From: Eledone cirrhosa | Lineage: Eukaryota | DNA: 64,000 nucleotides | Assembly: GCA_964016885.1 (NCBI GenBank) | Contig: OZ024741.1 | Location: forward strand, 348,874,001-348,938,000 | Reading direction: 5' to 3' | Shown here: in pieces, positions 26,733-40,009 of the stretch | Layout: every line of letters begins with the position of its first letter | How positions within the stretch are numbered: the stretch's first letter is position 1 | Notes under the pieces: model-generated | What the model saw: the letters and a program-made list of their open reading frames with translations, nothing else | Database searches by the model: none | What the model was told of the DNA's origin: nothing | Program-made: the position numbers and the translations under genes

Positions 26733-27270
26733 ATGATGGCTGCCCTTCGTTATCGAGTATAGCCATCGCACGATGTACCATTATTAATAATTATTAATTA
26801 ATTCTATTGTGCAATGCCTGTGCGTGAAGATATTTTTTAAAGTGATGAAAAACTGTGCACTGAGCCAATCCCACTCTCTGAGCGACAGTAGCTATAACCC
26901 GAAAAGAAGAAAAGATCAATATCATCGGTAACTACTGAGCCGCAGGTTTTATATCGGAGTTATCCCAGTTTCATGAGTTGCCTTCTCCTAGAAGAATGCC
27001 CTGACAAAGGCTAGGGGTCCTTCGCTCCCAGTGGTTTAACCCGGTACATGTCTATTTACATATTTACACAATTTCGGATGGCCGTTGACTCTTATGAGTT
27101 CCTCCGCTCGCCCTTTGTCAGGTTTTGTTTTTTGTCCTGCAGAGTGTCCATAATCACCCTCCTCACCAAGTAAACTTGGTGGGGTTGCCGGTTTAGTCGC
27201 CTAATACCCGACCATGTGACAGGTTGTACTGGGTTACATGTTACCAGTAGCACTCAAGAGTGGCCCGACA
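26733..27270 (-). mobile_element. RTE-like non-coding repeat, diverged relative of 24247-24853
   Basis: Shared ACAGGTTGTACTGGG.TACATGTTACCAGTA and CACCCTCCTCACCAAG segments. Confidence 0.55.
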
Positions 27271-27387
27271 TAACATACATATATACATACATACATATAT
27301 AGAAACATACATATATACACACATTCACACATACATACATACATACATACATACATACATACATACATACATACATACATACATACA

Positions 27388-27760
27388 TGGTGGCTGCCAA
27401 CTCGTTTTCGAGTACGGCCACTACTTTATATCCATGTAGGAGAACTCCTACCGATGCGCTGAACGAGTGTGACTTTTTAGTCCAGCCATTTGAAAACTCT
27501 GGTACAAACACTACACTTGTGACAATTATTGACACATAGTGCTGGGCCCATGGTACCATGTGACGACAAGTGCAGAGAGATCTCCAGATATAAAGCAATG
27601 CCTGTGCCGTGAAGCTTTTATAGTGAGCAAAGGCACTGCACAAATCCAGTCCCACTCTCTTAACCAAGAGGATATTTACCAAAAAGAAGAACATGACAAC
27701 ATCATTGGATACCATCAGAGTTGCAGGCGTTATATCAGAGTTTTTCCTTCTCCTAGAATG
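27388..27760 (-). mobile_element. Truncated close copy of 24247-24620
   Basis: Direct high similarity from GGTGGCTGCCAACTCG to TCTCCTAGAAT. Confidence 0.75.
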
Positions 27761-28367
27761 CATACATACATACATACATACATACATACATAATCTCGAT
27801 GTACTTTTTTTGTTCAACAAATCTTCAATTAAGACCAGCGTAGGCAACTGATAATGATCAGCGGGAGCTCATGATCTCTGAAAACCTGAGATACAAATAG
27901 AATAATAGTTTCTACTCATCCTTTCGTCTATTTCATACCTACTCCATTAGATACATGTAATATATTTACGTTACTTTTATCGAGCGTATAAGTCAAAGAT
28001 ATAGAAAAAAAATTAGATTCTCAATAGAGAATTTAGTATGTACCTTAATTCTAATTCATGATTAGGGAAACAGTAGAGGAAATTAACAAACACATCTTTC
28101 CAGCAGCTTATTCTTTCAAGCCACTCTCCATCCACGATATAATAAATATACAATATCGCATTTATTAAAGAAATTATATGCGTTTTCCAAGTGCTGGTTC
28201 ACGAGGAATTTAAATATTTTCTTTCGTTTGTCCTTATCCGTGAGGAATTTTGCTGTTATTTATTATCAAGTCACGACGCGCGTAACATTTTGTTAACTAC
28301 TGTGATTTTATGCAGGACAAATCATTTTCTCTCCCGCTCTCTCTTTCTCTCATTCTCTCTCTCACTG

Positions 28368-28487
<120 letters not shown>

Positions 28488-28719
28488 CTATCTATCTCTA
28501 TCTATCTATTTATATCTCGCTCTCGCACTCTCTCTCTTTCTCTCTTCCTCTTCTTCTCTCCCTTTCGCACTCTTTCTCTCTCTTTCTCTCTATCAATCTA
28601 TCTCTATCTATCTATTTATCTCTCCCTCTCGCACACTCTCTCTCTTTCTCTCTCACTCTTCCTCTCTCCCGCACACACACAACCACACTCTCTCTGACTC
28701 TCTCTCTCACACACACACA

Positions 28720-28771
<52 letters not shown>

Positions 28772-28775
<4 letters not shown>

Positions 28776-31362
28776 GAGTTAAACAAGATTCAATGAGTAC
28801 ATCAAAGAATGAGTTTCACAGTAGATTGTAAGCACTCTACAGTTAAAAAAAAATAATTTTCCTAAGTTATTAATATTAAAATACAAATATTAATAAAATA
28901 GATGTTATTTTGATCAATTAAATTTTATTATACATATTTCAGAGGTACAACAGTACGTCCTCATCGGACAAAATATAATGATACATGACATACCCTGAGA
29001 TGTTAAATGGTTAAGATTGAATGAAGGTAGTGATTAACCTAAGAGAAAACTCAACATTTATACCCTAATAATGAGAAAATGCGAAAACGTAATAAATTCA
29101 ATAGAGAATGTGTAAGAAAAACGTTGGTTAATGTGACAGCTATAGAGCTTTTAAAATGTAGGATACTACAAGTTATGGTTATCTAGGAAAACATCTCATG
29201 AATTATAACAGTCCATGAGGGCCGTTGAAAGATGATTTAAAGAGAGGGAAAGATAAAGGGGAGTAATATATGCAGAAAGAGATTTTTTTCCCCAAAAGCT
29301 AAATGGTTAAGTTTCAAAATATTTAATTTATGTTATTTTAAGGGTGAAGATTCAATATTTTAGGTGTTTTTTAAAAGTTTCTGGTTATTTATATTTATTA
29401 ATTTTATAAATTCTATAAGTGTGTTAACATTTCTAAACTTGTGAATTTTATGAGTATAAAATTTAAAGGATTTACCTGGCCAGCGAAAGGAAAATTTACA
29501 CTGTTGAATATTTTCCTAAATGTAATCTTTAACGAAGATTACCTATAAAAATGTCAATATTTTCGGTATGTACTTATTGTTAAAAATATTTACATAACGA
29601 TTATGTATATAGAGATATATTAATGAGCCAGTATATTTTAGGTAAATGATAACGAATATATAATAATAGATTCAAACATGCTAAAGTTAAATAGATAATA
29701 GTGTAAATGCATGAATTATTCACAGTTCAAAATAAAATAAATAATAATCTAAAAATTTAAAAGTTATCTAAAAATTAGGTATAGAGAGATACAGATATAT
29801 AGATATATTAAGTATTAGTGATACAGTATACTTTAGGTAAATGATAACGATTATAATCTTATATAATAGATTGCAACGTGTTACAGTTAAATACATACAT
29901 ATTTATAAGAAAAATAATAAATGCATGGATAATTCAGAGTTCAAAATAGGTCCGTAATAATTTACAGGTTGGATATTTGTTCTATATTTGAATCATGGAT
30001 AGAAAAATAAGGTAGGTATATTTAAAAAGTTACAAGGGATAAGTACATACATATTATATACTCTATCTTTATTTTCCTATCTAAGTTTTAAATTTTAGTT
30101 TAAATATCCAACATGTTTATTTTTACGGAACTTATTTTTAATTGTGAATCATTCATGTGTTTACATTTTTTTATTTATAATATGTAACTTTTTAAATATA
30201 TCTACCTTATTTTTCTATCCATAATTCAAATATAGAACAAATATCCAACCTGTATATTATTACGGACCTATTTTGAACTCTGAATTATCCATGCATTTAT
30301 TATTTTTCTTATATATATGTATGTATTTAAATGTAACACGTTGAAATCTATTATATAAGATTATAATCGTTATCATGTACCTAAAGTATACTGTATCACT
30401 AATACTTAATATATCTATATATATATATATATATCTGTATCTATCTATACCTAATTTTTAGATAACTTTTAAATTTTTAGATTATTATATATTTTATTTT
30501 GAACTGTGAATAATTCATGCATTTACACCCTTTTATATATATGTATCTATTTAACTTTAGCATGTTCGAATCTATTATTTTATATTCGTTATCATTTACC
30601 TAAAATATACTGGCTCATTAATATATCTCTATATACATAATCGTTATTTAAATATGTTTAACAATAAGTACTTCATAAGCTTTACATACCGAAAATGTTG
30701 ACATTTTTATAGGTAATCTTCGTTAAAGATTACAATTAAGAAAATATTCAATAGTGTAAATTTTTCTTTCGCTGGCCAGGTAAGTCCTTTAAATTTTATA
30801 CTCATAAAATTCACAAGTTTAGAAATGTTAACACACTTATAGAATTTATAAAATTAATAAATATAAATAACCAGAAACTTTTAAAAAACACCTAAAATCT
30901 TGAATCTTCACCCTTAAAATAACATAAATTAAATATTTTGAAACTTAACCGTTCAGTTTTTGGGGAAAAAAATCTCTGTCTGCATATATTACTCCCCTTT
31001 ATCTTTCCCTCTCTTTAAATCATCTTTCAACGGCCCTCATGGACTGTTATAATTCATGAGATGTTTTCCTTGATAAACATAACTTGTAGTATCCTACATT
31101 TTAAAATCTCTATAGCTGTCACATTACCCAACGTTTTTCTTACTCACACATTCTCTATTGAATTTATTACGTTTGCGCATTTTCTCATTTTAGGGTATAA
31201 ATGTTGAGTTTTCTCTTAGGTTAATCACTACCTTCATTAAATCTTAACCATTTAACATCTCAGGGTATATCATGTATCATTATATTTTGTCTTATGTACC
31301 TCTGAAATATGTATAATAAAATGTAATTGATCAAAAGAACATCTATTTTATTAATATTTGTA

Positions 31363-31371
<9 letters not shown>
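28772..31371 (-). mobile_element. Giant non-coding fold-back element (~1.16-kb arms 28873-30034 / 30183-31371, ~100-nt tail) in (TA)n
   Basis: Arms are reverse complements with scattered substitutions and indels; internal ~190-nt direct sub-repeats; no ORF. Confidence 0.9.
28922..28974 (-). ncRNA. Minimal type I hammerhead, U4C core variant
   Basis: ATTTTGT-CCGATGA-GGACGTAC-TGTT-GTACCTCT-GAAA-TATGTA-TA/ATAAAAT; the opposite arm (~31283-31322) has lost the core. Confidence 0.65.
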
Positions 31372-31417
<46 letters not shown>

Positions 31418-31594
31418 GAAGACAGCATATATATGTGAAAGTATGTATATTTCCTCTGATAGTCTGTAATATTTTTACATAGATCTATATGATATACATA
31501 CCAACATACATATATATCCTAGAAACGATCGTAAAATGATGAATATTTTAATATAAGGAACTTGTTCTTTGTTTTTATTCATTTTTTTATATTA

Positions 31595-31640
<46 letters not shown>

Positions 31641-32093
31641 AGAAGATGAGTAATATTGTAGAACAATAAAACTATGCATATCTCAAATAAGTAGCACTCA
31701 ACAGTTGGTAGAACTGCAGTATATATAATAAAGAAGAAATTAATTTACTTTTTAGCCGTTATTCACAGCTGTTTTTCATTTTGACAGCGTTTCTGAACAA
31801 AAGTCTTTCTCTCTTTCTCTTCCTTTTTTTCTTCTTTATTTTATTTTATTTTTTATTTTTTCCCTCTTCTTTCCTTTCTTCTATTTTCCTATCTATTCCT
31901 CTCTATAGTTATAACACTTATATCTCTGTCATATGTAGACTTACCACTTTCCTGTAAACAAGTGCTCTTATGCCTCATATCATGTTACATTATTTTATCT
32001 GCTGAGAACACAATTTTTGTCCCAGGATGATTTTGTATTCGAAATGCGCATAATAAAATATATGGAACTCTTTTAACCATCTTTTAATTTCTT

Positions 32094-32131
<38 letters not shown>

Positions 32132-32174
32132 TACCCACACACACTAACAAACACACACACTCTCTCTCTCTCTC

Positions 32175-32224
<50 letters not shown>

Positions 32225-32694
32225 ATACACTCTCTCACTCTCTCTCTTTCTTTCTTTCCACCTTTCTTCCATTTCCTGATACATGATCAGCCACAGTTTT
32301 AATTCACAGAGTACTCATAATATGTTTTTAAAGAGACCAGATATACACTTTCTCTTTTTCCGCAAATACTTATATCCATTCTCAAATAAAGTCTCTAAAT
32401 ATTTTCTTTCCTTCCTCCGTTGTTTTATTCTACTTTTTTTTTTACATAATTTACCCTGTACTGTCTCTCATCAAGTTCAAATCGAAAAAGCTTTGTGGAT
32501 TTATTTATTTACTCTCATTCCAGTTTGTTACACTTGAAACACATTAGCTTGATATTCTCCTGCATCATCTGTTTTGTGGTAACCATAAGACTTATTGTTT
32601 ATGTAGTTTCTGCCTTGCCTGTTGACGTCCAGATACTTATGCACAAGCGCGAATACACACACGTATACACACACAGACACACATACACACACAA

Positions 32695-32745
<51 letters not shown>

Positions 32746-33129
32746 TACACAAACAAACACACACACACACAAACACAAACACATATACACACACAGGAGC
32801 TATTTGGCAAATATTTTAGAACATCGAAGATAATACTTTACGGAATTCGTTCGGCTCTCGAGGTCAAATTTGCTTTTCAGCACGTAATTGGATCGATTCT
32901 AATTCTATATCTCTTTCTCGCTTCCTTTTCCTCACTATCTCTCCTTCTTTAGAAGAAATCTTCTGTGTTCAGACTTGGAGAGTATATTGGCTTTGCCTGA
33001 TTTCATATGCTCAGGCAACTGTCCACGTCAATATACCGCCCGTATGAATCCAGCAGGTGTTACTCATCTCTCTCCCTCTCTCTCCCACTCTCTCTCTATA
33101 TATAAAAAGGAACGATCAACTTTTGTCAA

Positions 33130-33323
33130 ATCGGACCGAGGAAGCAATGTTTCCATTGGTCTTTCCAATTGCCAATACTATCTATCGGTCGCAACTCCAG
33201 GTAGAAGGAGCAACGTGTAATGAAGTTTCTTGCTCAAGGACAAAACGCATCGCACGGTCCGGAAATCGAACTCAGAACCTCAGCATTGCGAATCCAATTC
33301 TATAACCAGTCAGCCACACGCCT
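33130..33323 (-). mobile_element. tRNA-derived SINE, second family
   Basis: Minus strand GGCGTGTGGCTGACTGGTTA..GAGTTCGATTTCC..GTCCTTGAGCAAG. Confidence 0.7.
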
Positions 33324-33344
33324 TTTCTCTCTCTCTCTCTCTCC

Positions 33345-33375
<31 letters not shown>

Positions 33376-33377
<2 letters not shown>

Positions 33378-34896
33378 ACAACTAGAAATTGATTAACATA
33401 TAAATAAACATGAATAATCACAGGAGTTATTTTTTACAAGTGTGTAATCACACATAGCTAGGTAGGTAACTAAATAAAGTTAACTAGAACTTTAAAAATA
33501 GATACCTTATAATATGATTAATCTTCCCTGTATATATTCCATTAAAGAAATATATTTCACCAATTAATCGAATGGTAAACCATGGATACCGATACTTGGA
33601 TTTTCAACAAGGAAGAAGTCCAGCGATCTATGTTTACGCATCAAGTTCAAATCAGCGACTGGCCAGTAACACATGCTAAATCTACTAGAAATACACACAT
33701 CATACCAGCTTCGTCCTAGTGGCCTGAATAGGGTTATCGACAACTAGAAACAGCAGTCAAGTCCTTTCAACAGAGTTAGCTCTTCAATTAAGGAGCCGTA
33801 TTTATATATCTATATCCAAAATTAAGATAAATCAAAATGAATTTAATCTAAATCAAAATTATGGGTGTCATGCCAGAAAGGCATGCGCCATATCACCCGC
33901 AAAATAAGCTCTAAGATTCTAACGAATAGGTCCTAGCATTTTATAACAACTAGAAATTGATTAATATATAAATAAACATGAATAATCACAGGAGATAATT
34001 TTTACAAGTGTGTAATCACACATAGCTAGGTAGGTAACTAAATAAAGTTAACTAGAACTTCAAAAATAGATACCTTATAATATGATTAATCTTCCCTGTA
34101 TATATTCCATTAAAGAAATATATTTCACCAATTAATCGAATGGTAAACCACGGATGCCGATACTTGGATTTTCAACAAGGAAGAAGTCCAGCGATCTATG
34201 TTTACGCATCAAGTTCAAATCAGCGACTGGCCAGTAACACGTGCTGTATCTACTAGAAATACACACATCATACCAGCTTCGTCCCAAATTTTGATTTAGA
34301 TTAAATTCATTTTGATTTATCTTAATTTTGGATATAGATATATAAATACGGTTCCTTAATTGAAGAGCTAACTCTGTTGAAAGGACTTGACTGCTGTTTC
34401 TAGTTGTCGATAATCCTATTCACGCCACTGGGACGAAGCTGGTATGATGTGTGTATTTCTAGTAGATACAGCACGTGTTACTGGCCAGTCGCTGATTTGA
34501 ACTTGATGCGTAAACATAGATCGCTGGATTTCTTCCTTGTTGAAAATCCAAGTATAGGCATCTGTGGTTTACCATTCGATTAATTGGTGAAATATATTTC
34601 TTTAATGGAATATATACAGGGAAGATTAATCATATTATAAGGTATCTATTTTTGAAGTTCTAGTTAACTTTATTTAGTTACCTACCTAGCTATGTGTGAT
34701 TACACACTTGTAAAAATTATCTCCTGTGATTATTCATGTTTATTTATATATTAATCAATTTCTAGTTGTTATAAAATGCTAGGACCTATTCGTTAGAATC
34801 TTAGAGCTTATTTTGCGGGTGATATGGCGCATGCCTTTCTGGCATGACACCCATAATTTTGATTTAGATTAAATTCATTTTGATTTATTTTAATTT

Positions 34897-34899
<3 letters not shown>
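33376..34899. mobile_element. Non-coding 568-nt unit: 1.6 tandem copies then 1.08 inverted copies, in (TA)n
   Basis: TAACAACTAG at 33376 and 33944; inversion at 34286/34287; AATTTTGATTTAG at 34287 and 34855. Confidence 0.9.
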
Positions 34900-34931
<32 letters not shown>

Positions 34932-35737
34932 TTAGAAGGATAGGGTGAAGGAAGTGTAAGGAGGGGGAGGGATAATATTTTATTCGGTTACTTTTATTAA
35001 TTCTATCTTGAAGATTGCCCCACGACCTTCATTTAACAAGAAGAGGCGTGCCGTTTTTTCTGTTGACTGTGGTGAAAGTAGTGAAATTGTTAAGAGGTGT
35101 TGTGACTATACTCCGGTGCGCTTGTATGTCGGACAACGTCAGTTAAGAGAGTTCACTCTTGAGTATGAAATTGATTGTGGATCAGTAGAGCTTTTAAGCT
35201 ACATTTAGGTATTCCGCTCTCTGTACCTGCTTGACTGAATGTCTCATATTATTTCCTAATTTGTACGCATGTTACCAATTTTCTGATATATATGTAAAGC
35301 CACCTCAATGTTTAACTTGTCTTTGTAATGTTTCCTCCATCCGTTGCCTGTGCGGCAAATAAAAGAAAGTTGATTGACAGTCATCATTTTGAAGTTTTTA
35401 TTCTTGACCGTCTGATTTCAAATCTTGCTAAGTTTAGATTTGCCATTCATCCTTAGGGTTCGATAAAATAAAGCACCAATAACATACTGGGATCGATTTA
35501 ATCGACTTCCCCTTCGCTTCAAATTGTTGTTGGTGTGCCAAATGCAGAAAACAATTATTAATATTATTGGATAATCTTTAGAGCCTACGACAGATTTTTG
35601 TTAGAATTTCAAACCGTTTCAATTTTCTTCCTTTCAGATGTTGATTAAATAAAGTACCAGTTAAATAGTGAGGTTTTTGTATTTAAAATGTTCCCATCTG
35701 CTAAATTTACTAGCATTGGCCTTCAATTAGAAATCAT

Positions 35738-35921
35738 TTGGCAGAATCGGTAGAGTGTCGGACGCCATGCTTTGGAGCATAGAGTTACGGCCCTTTATGA
35801 TCTGAGTTCAAATCCCGCCGAGGTTAACTTTGCCTTTCATCCTTACGGGGTCGATAAAATAAAGTACCAGTAATGCACTGGGATAATTGCTGGCCTTGTG
35901 CCAAAAGTAGAAACAATTATT
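35738..35921 (+). mobile_element. tRNA-derived SINE (OK-like), well preserved
   Basis: TGGCAGAATCGGTAGAG..GAGTTCAAATCC..AAACAATTATT. Confidence 0.85.
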
Positions 35922-35929
35922 AGTATTTT

Positions 35930-36068
35930 TATTGTTTTAAATGTTTATTTTCTTAGCCTCTTTTATAAATGTTATTTAACACAAAGAAAAACCCACACTG
36001 TATCGTCCTGTATCGTCTTTAATGTTTCCTTAATGTGAGCCCTGTGTGGCTAATAAAGAAATCATTAT
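35930..36068 (+). mobile_element. Tx1-type LINE 3'-UTR fragment
   Basis: GTCCTGTAT..TTTAATG..ATGTGAGCCCTGTGTGGCTAATAAAGAAA matches 22110-22178. Confidence 0.65.
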
Positions 36069-36570
36069 TTGTTTTTTTATTTCATTGTTAATCCAAGTAT
36101 TATTTGAACACCAAATACATGACTAAACAGAATAGTGAAACTAAATTCTGTTAGGTGGTCTGTCGTTTCTGCAACTTCTGTTCTAAAATATTTAAACGTT
36201 AAGTTTGCATTCAATTTATTCCTCCATTTTGTATCTTTCAGAATCTTGGAGACAAGCAAAGACATATATATGTTGTACAGAAAACACCGTCACCATAACT
36301 GGATAACCAGACGCAATATTAACACTGAAGGCATTATGGATACCATGCTGATATCCTATAACCTGATATCAATATTAATGGACGACAAAATTTCTTTGAA
36401 ACTACTAACCACGTAGTTCACGGCCCAAGAAGGACAATCGAATGAATTACAAATACATAAACACGCCAGCGCACACACCCAACCACAGAACCACACATAG
36501 AAACAGTTATATATGTATAAATGTGCATCTAACTACTAACCAGCTGCTAGAGATTGGTAGGTAGATTTCG

Positions 36571-36671
<101 letters not shown>

Positions 36672-36922
36672 TCTGTGTGTGCGTGTGTCACTATTCTTAG
36701 GTATTACAGAAGATATCGTGATCAGTAAAATAAAATGATAAAAATAAACTATTTTTTCGTGAGTGAGAAAATAGTATATTAAACATTCAAACAAACACAA
36801 AATATTTTTAACATTAAGTTTAGTCGTATAAAAACATATGACACTATAGTATTTTAATAACAATAACACCTACAAAAGAACATCAATACTACTATTACTA
36901 CTTCTACTACTACTACTAATAA

Positions 36923-36953
<31 letters not shown>

Positions 36954-38580
36954 AATAATAATCGCAATGATAATATTAATCTTAGTAATACTATTTAAAA
37001 GTAAAACTTAAAATAGTTTTAATAATAATAATAATAAAAACAACAACTACAACAATAATGATAATAATAAATGTGTTTGAGAGTGTGAGAAAATACAAAA
37101 TTCAAGTAATGGTTTTTTGATACAAAGTTTTTAAAACATTTTCTCGCATCTCAGACAGAAAACAATTTTAGTTGAATATAAAACAGAAGTAAAATATGAA
37201 GTATTTAATAAATTGTGAATTATCTTAATGTATATTATCGTTTTCAAAAACGAAAACTGATATTAGATCAGCGAGAGAAAAATTATTATCGCTTCTGATT
37301 TTAGCTCATAGCTATTCCTTATTTTCTTCGATGGTGTAGTTTTGTTGAAGCTCTATTCACGCCATATTCTTAACATCCGTTCTTAAGGGTAGATATAGAA
37401 TAATATTTTTATCGATTTACGAGACATCATTTTTGAAAAATAATAATAACGCCATAATAAATAAAGCAAATATACAAGGTTTCCTATTTATATAGGTCAA
37501 CAATCGTAATCACAAATTGTCGTATTCTTAATGGGAAAAAAAGATAGTAGGATGGAAACTATATTAACATCTAGCTTGTAAGAAACACAGAGTGTTTTTG
37601 TTCATTTACTCCAATAGTTGTCTTTTAAAACTCTTTATTTTAAAACTCTTTAACCCTCCGTGGGTTACATGCTTTGAGGTATAACATAAAACAGCTGAAC
37701 TTTAATTTGCAGCACTTTTATATTTATTTTTCGCCTTCGACTTGTAATTATTATAAGTTTCATAGTCATAATAATTATCATTATATTTATTACTAAGGAT
37801 TTCAAAAATGCATCAAGTTGTTACTTATTCAAAAGAGTTCGATGCATCTAATATGGTAAAATGTTCAATTTTAAGTAGGTTGTTTAAGGTTAACAAAAAT
37901 GTTGAATGTTAATTTGCATATTCCTAATACAATTTCTATTATTACAATTATAATCAATATTAGTTGTAGAATTTCTCTGGCTAGCTGAAGCAGCCTTAAA
38001 ACGATTCCTACAAGACCATAGCTTCATGATATGGCTTCTATTCCTAGTGAGATCAATCATACTTAGGTGTAAAATGCATTCCGGAATGACATGATTTCTT
38101 CCGCACTCCAGTTTGTAAAAATTATCCCATAGAAATCCATAAAAATTATCCCTCGTCTGGACAATGTAAGAGATATTATATTAATATTTAACTTCATTAC
38201 TTTTTATCGCCACGATCGTTAGTAAAGCTATTAAAATATAGAATGATACATGGATACATGCATAACTGTGACCACAACCAACCAGTGATCAATATAATTT
38301 ATACATAAGTAAAATTTATTTAATATATATATATACATCCACATATATATATAATTTTATATATATATACATTCACATATATATATAATTATATATATAT
38401 ACGGTGATGTTCATAATAAATGCACGAGCTATACTACTCCTAGTCCCCATGTTAGTGGTGTTTAAATAGGATATTGCAATAGACAGGTTTAAAACTTCCA
38501 AAAAGTATTATTGCCAGCTTTACTTAAGCATGTTAATAATGTTATCATCCTTATAAACTGTATTGCTCATTGTGGATTTC

Positions 38581-38655
<75 letters not shown>

Positions 38656-39228
38656 CAGTGGCCATGTTTCGGATATATCACACTTTACTTATCTGTTGCT
38701 ACCTTTTGAAAAAATAATCACAGTGAAAGTCAAAATATTCCTATGATCATATCTATCTATTTATCTATCGATTGTTTATCTATTTATCAATTTATCTGAC
38801 GACTAATCTATCATTCTGTCAGTTAATGTTTAGACATTATTAATATGTATCTATATCGAATCTTTCCAGTATGTTTTAATAATATAAACAGCAACAGATT
38901 TGTGATCATTGTTTGTTAGTCTAAAAACAAGTTTCTAAACCTGAAAATAGAAAGTTCTATTCACACAAAATTTCTCAGGCGAATCGGGGGAATAATTCTT
39001 ATTCCGTGACGCTCTATGTTAATATGAAATCAGTCTAGTCAAAACAAATATATTATTTTTATAAACTATTATTACACATTTTAAAAATTAGTTTATCACA
39101 TAAGATCAATCACGTAGTGACAATTATTCTTATATTTTCGTCATATATCTTCATCATTTCTAGAGTACAATGTACAGATAAAAACCATAATTTTTCACAT
39201 CACTTCAGTCATATATTTCAATAAAAAA

Positions 39229-39298
<70 letters not shown>

Positions 39299-39661
39299 AC
39301 CACTATTACTGCTACTACTACTAGTATTGTTCAACAAATTACTTTTAAATATAACAAAATTAATCGTGGTTGTGTAAGTAGACGTAAGAATATATTTGAT
39401 AAATAAATATAATTCTCAAGATTCTTTTTCATAGTAGCATAACTGATGCGTGCCTTGTTTTCTTGGAATGTTCCTTTCTTTCCATTTTTTTTATTTTATT
39501 TTCGTTTTTTATGCGGTTAGTCTCTCGGTTTGAACATTTTCTAGTATTATATTTGGTATTTTTGTTATTATTGAATTAGTTGTTGGAGGCTGAATATAAA
39601 GATTCAATATAATTTAATTGAATTTGAAAACTCCTTTTCTTTATTGAACATTTAATACAAA

Positions 39662-39724
<63 letters not shown>

Positions 39725-39802
39725 GCTGCTGCTACTACTACTACTACTATTACTACTACTACTACTAATACTACTAATACTAATACTACTACTACTACAA
39801 TT

Positions 39803-39856
<54 letters not shown>

Positions 39857-40009
39857 CTAGGTGTCAGGAAGACACTCGGCATATATCAGAAACAATACTG
39901 AAGGAAAAGGAAAAAACAATAAAAAATTAATAATAATAATATCGATACCCACAACAACAACATTATCAACAAATGAGTCTCTGCAAATTGTAATATAAGA
40001 CGTAGAATC

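Noticed and set aside
31410-31452. CTGAAGA..GAAA next to (TA)n
   Set aside because: Stem II does not close and stem I depends on TA repeats
34990-35380. Possible very old GIY-YIG/PLE remnant on the minus strand
   Set aside because: Only vague motif resemblance; cannot be supported without a profile search
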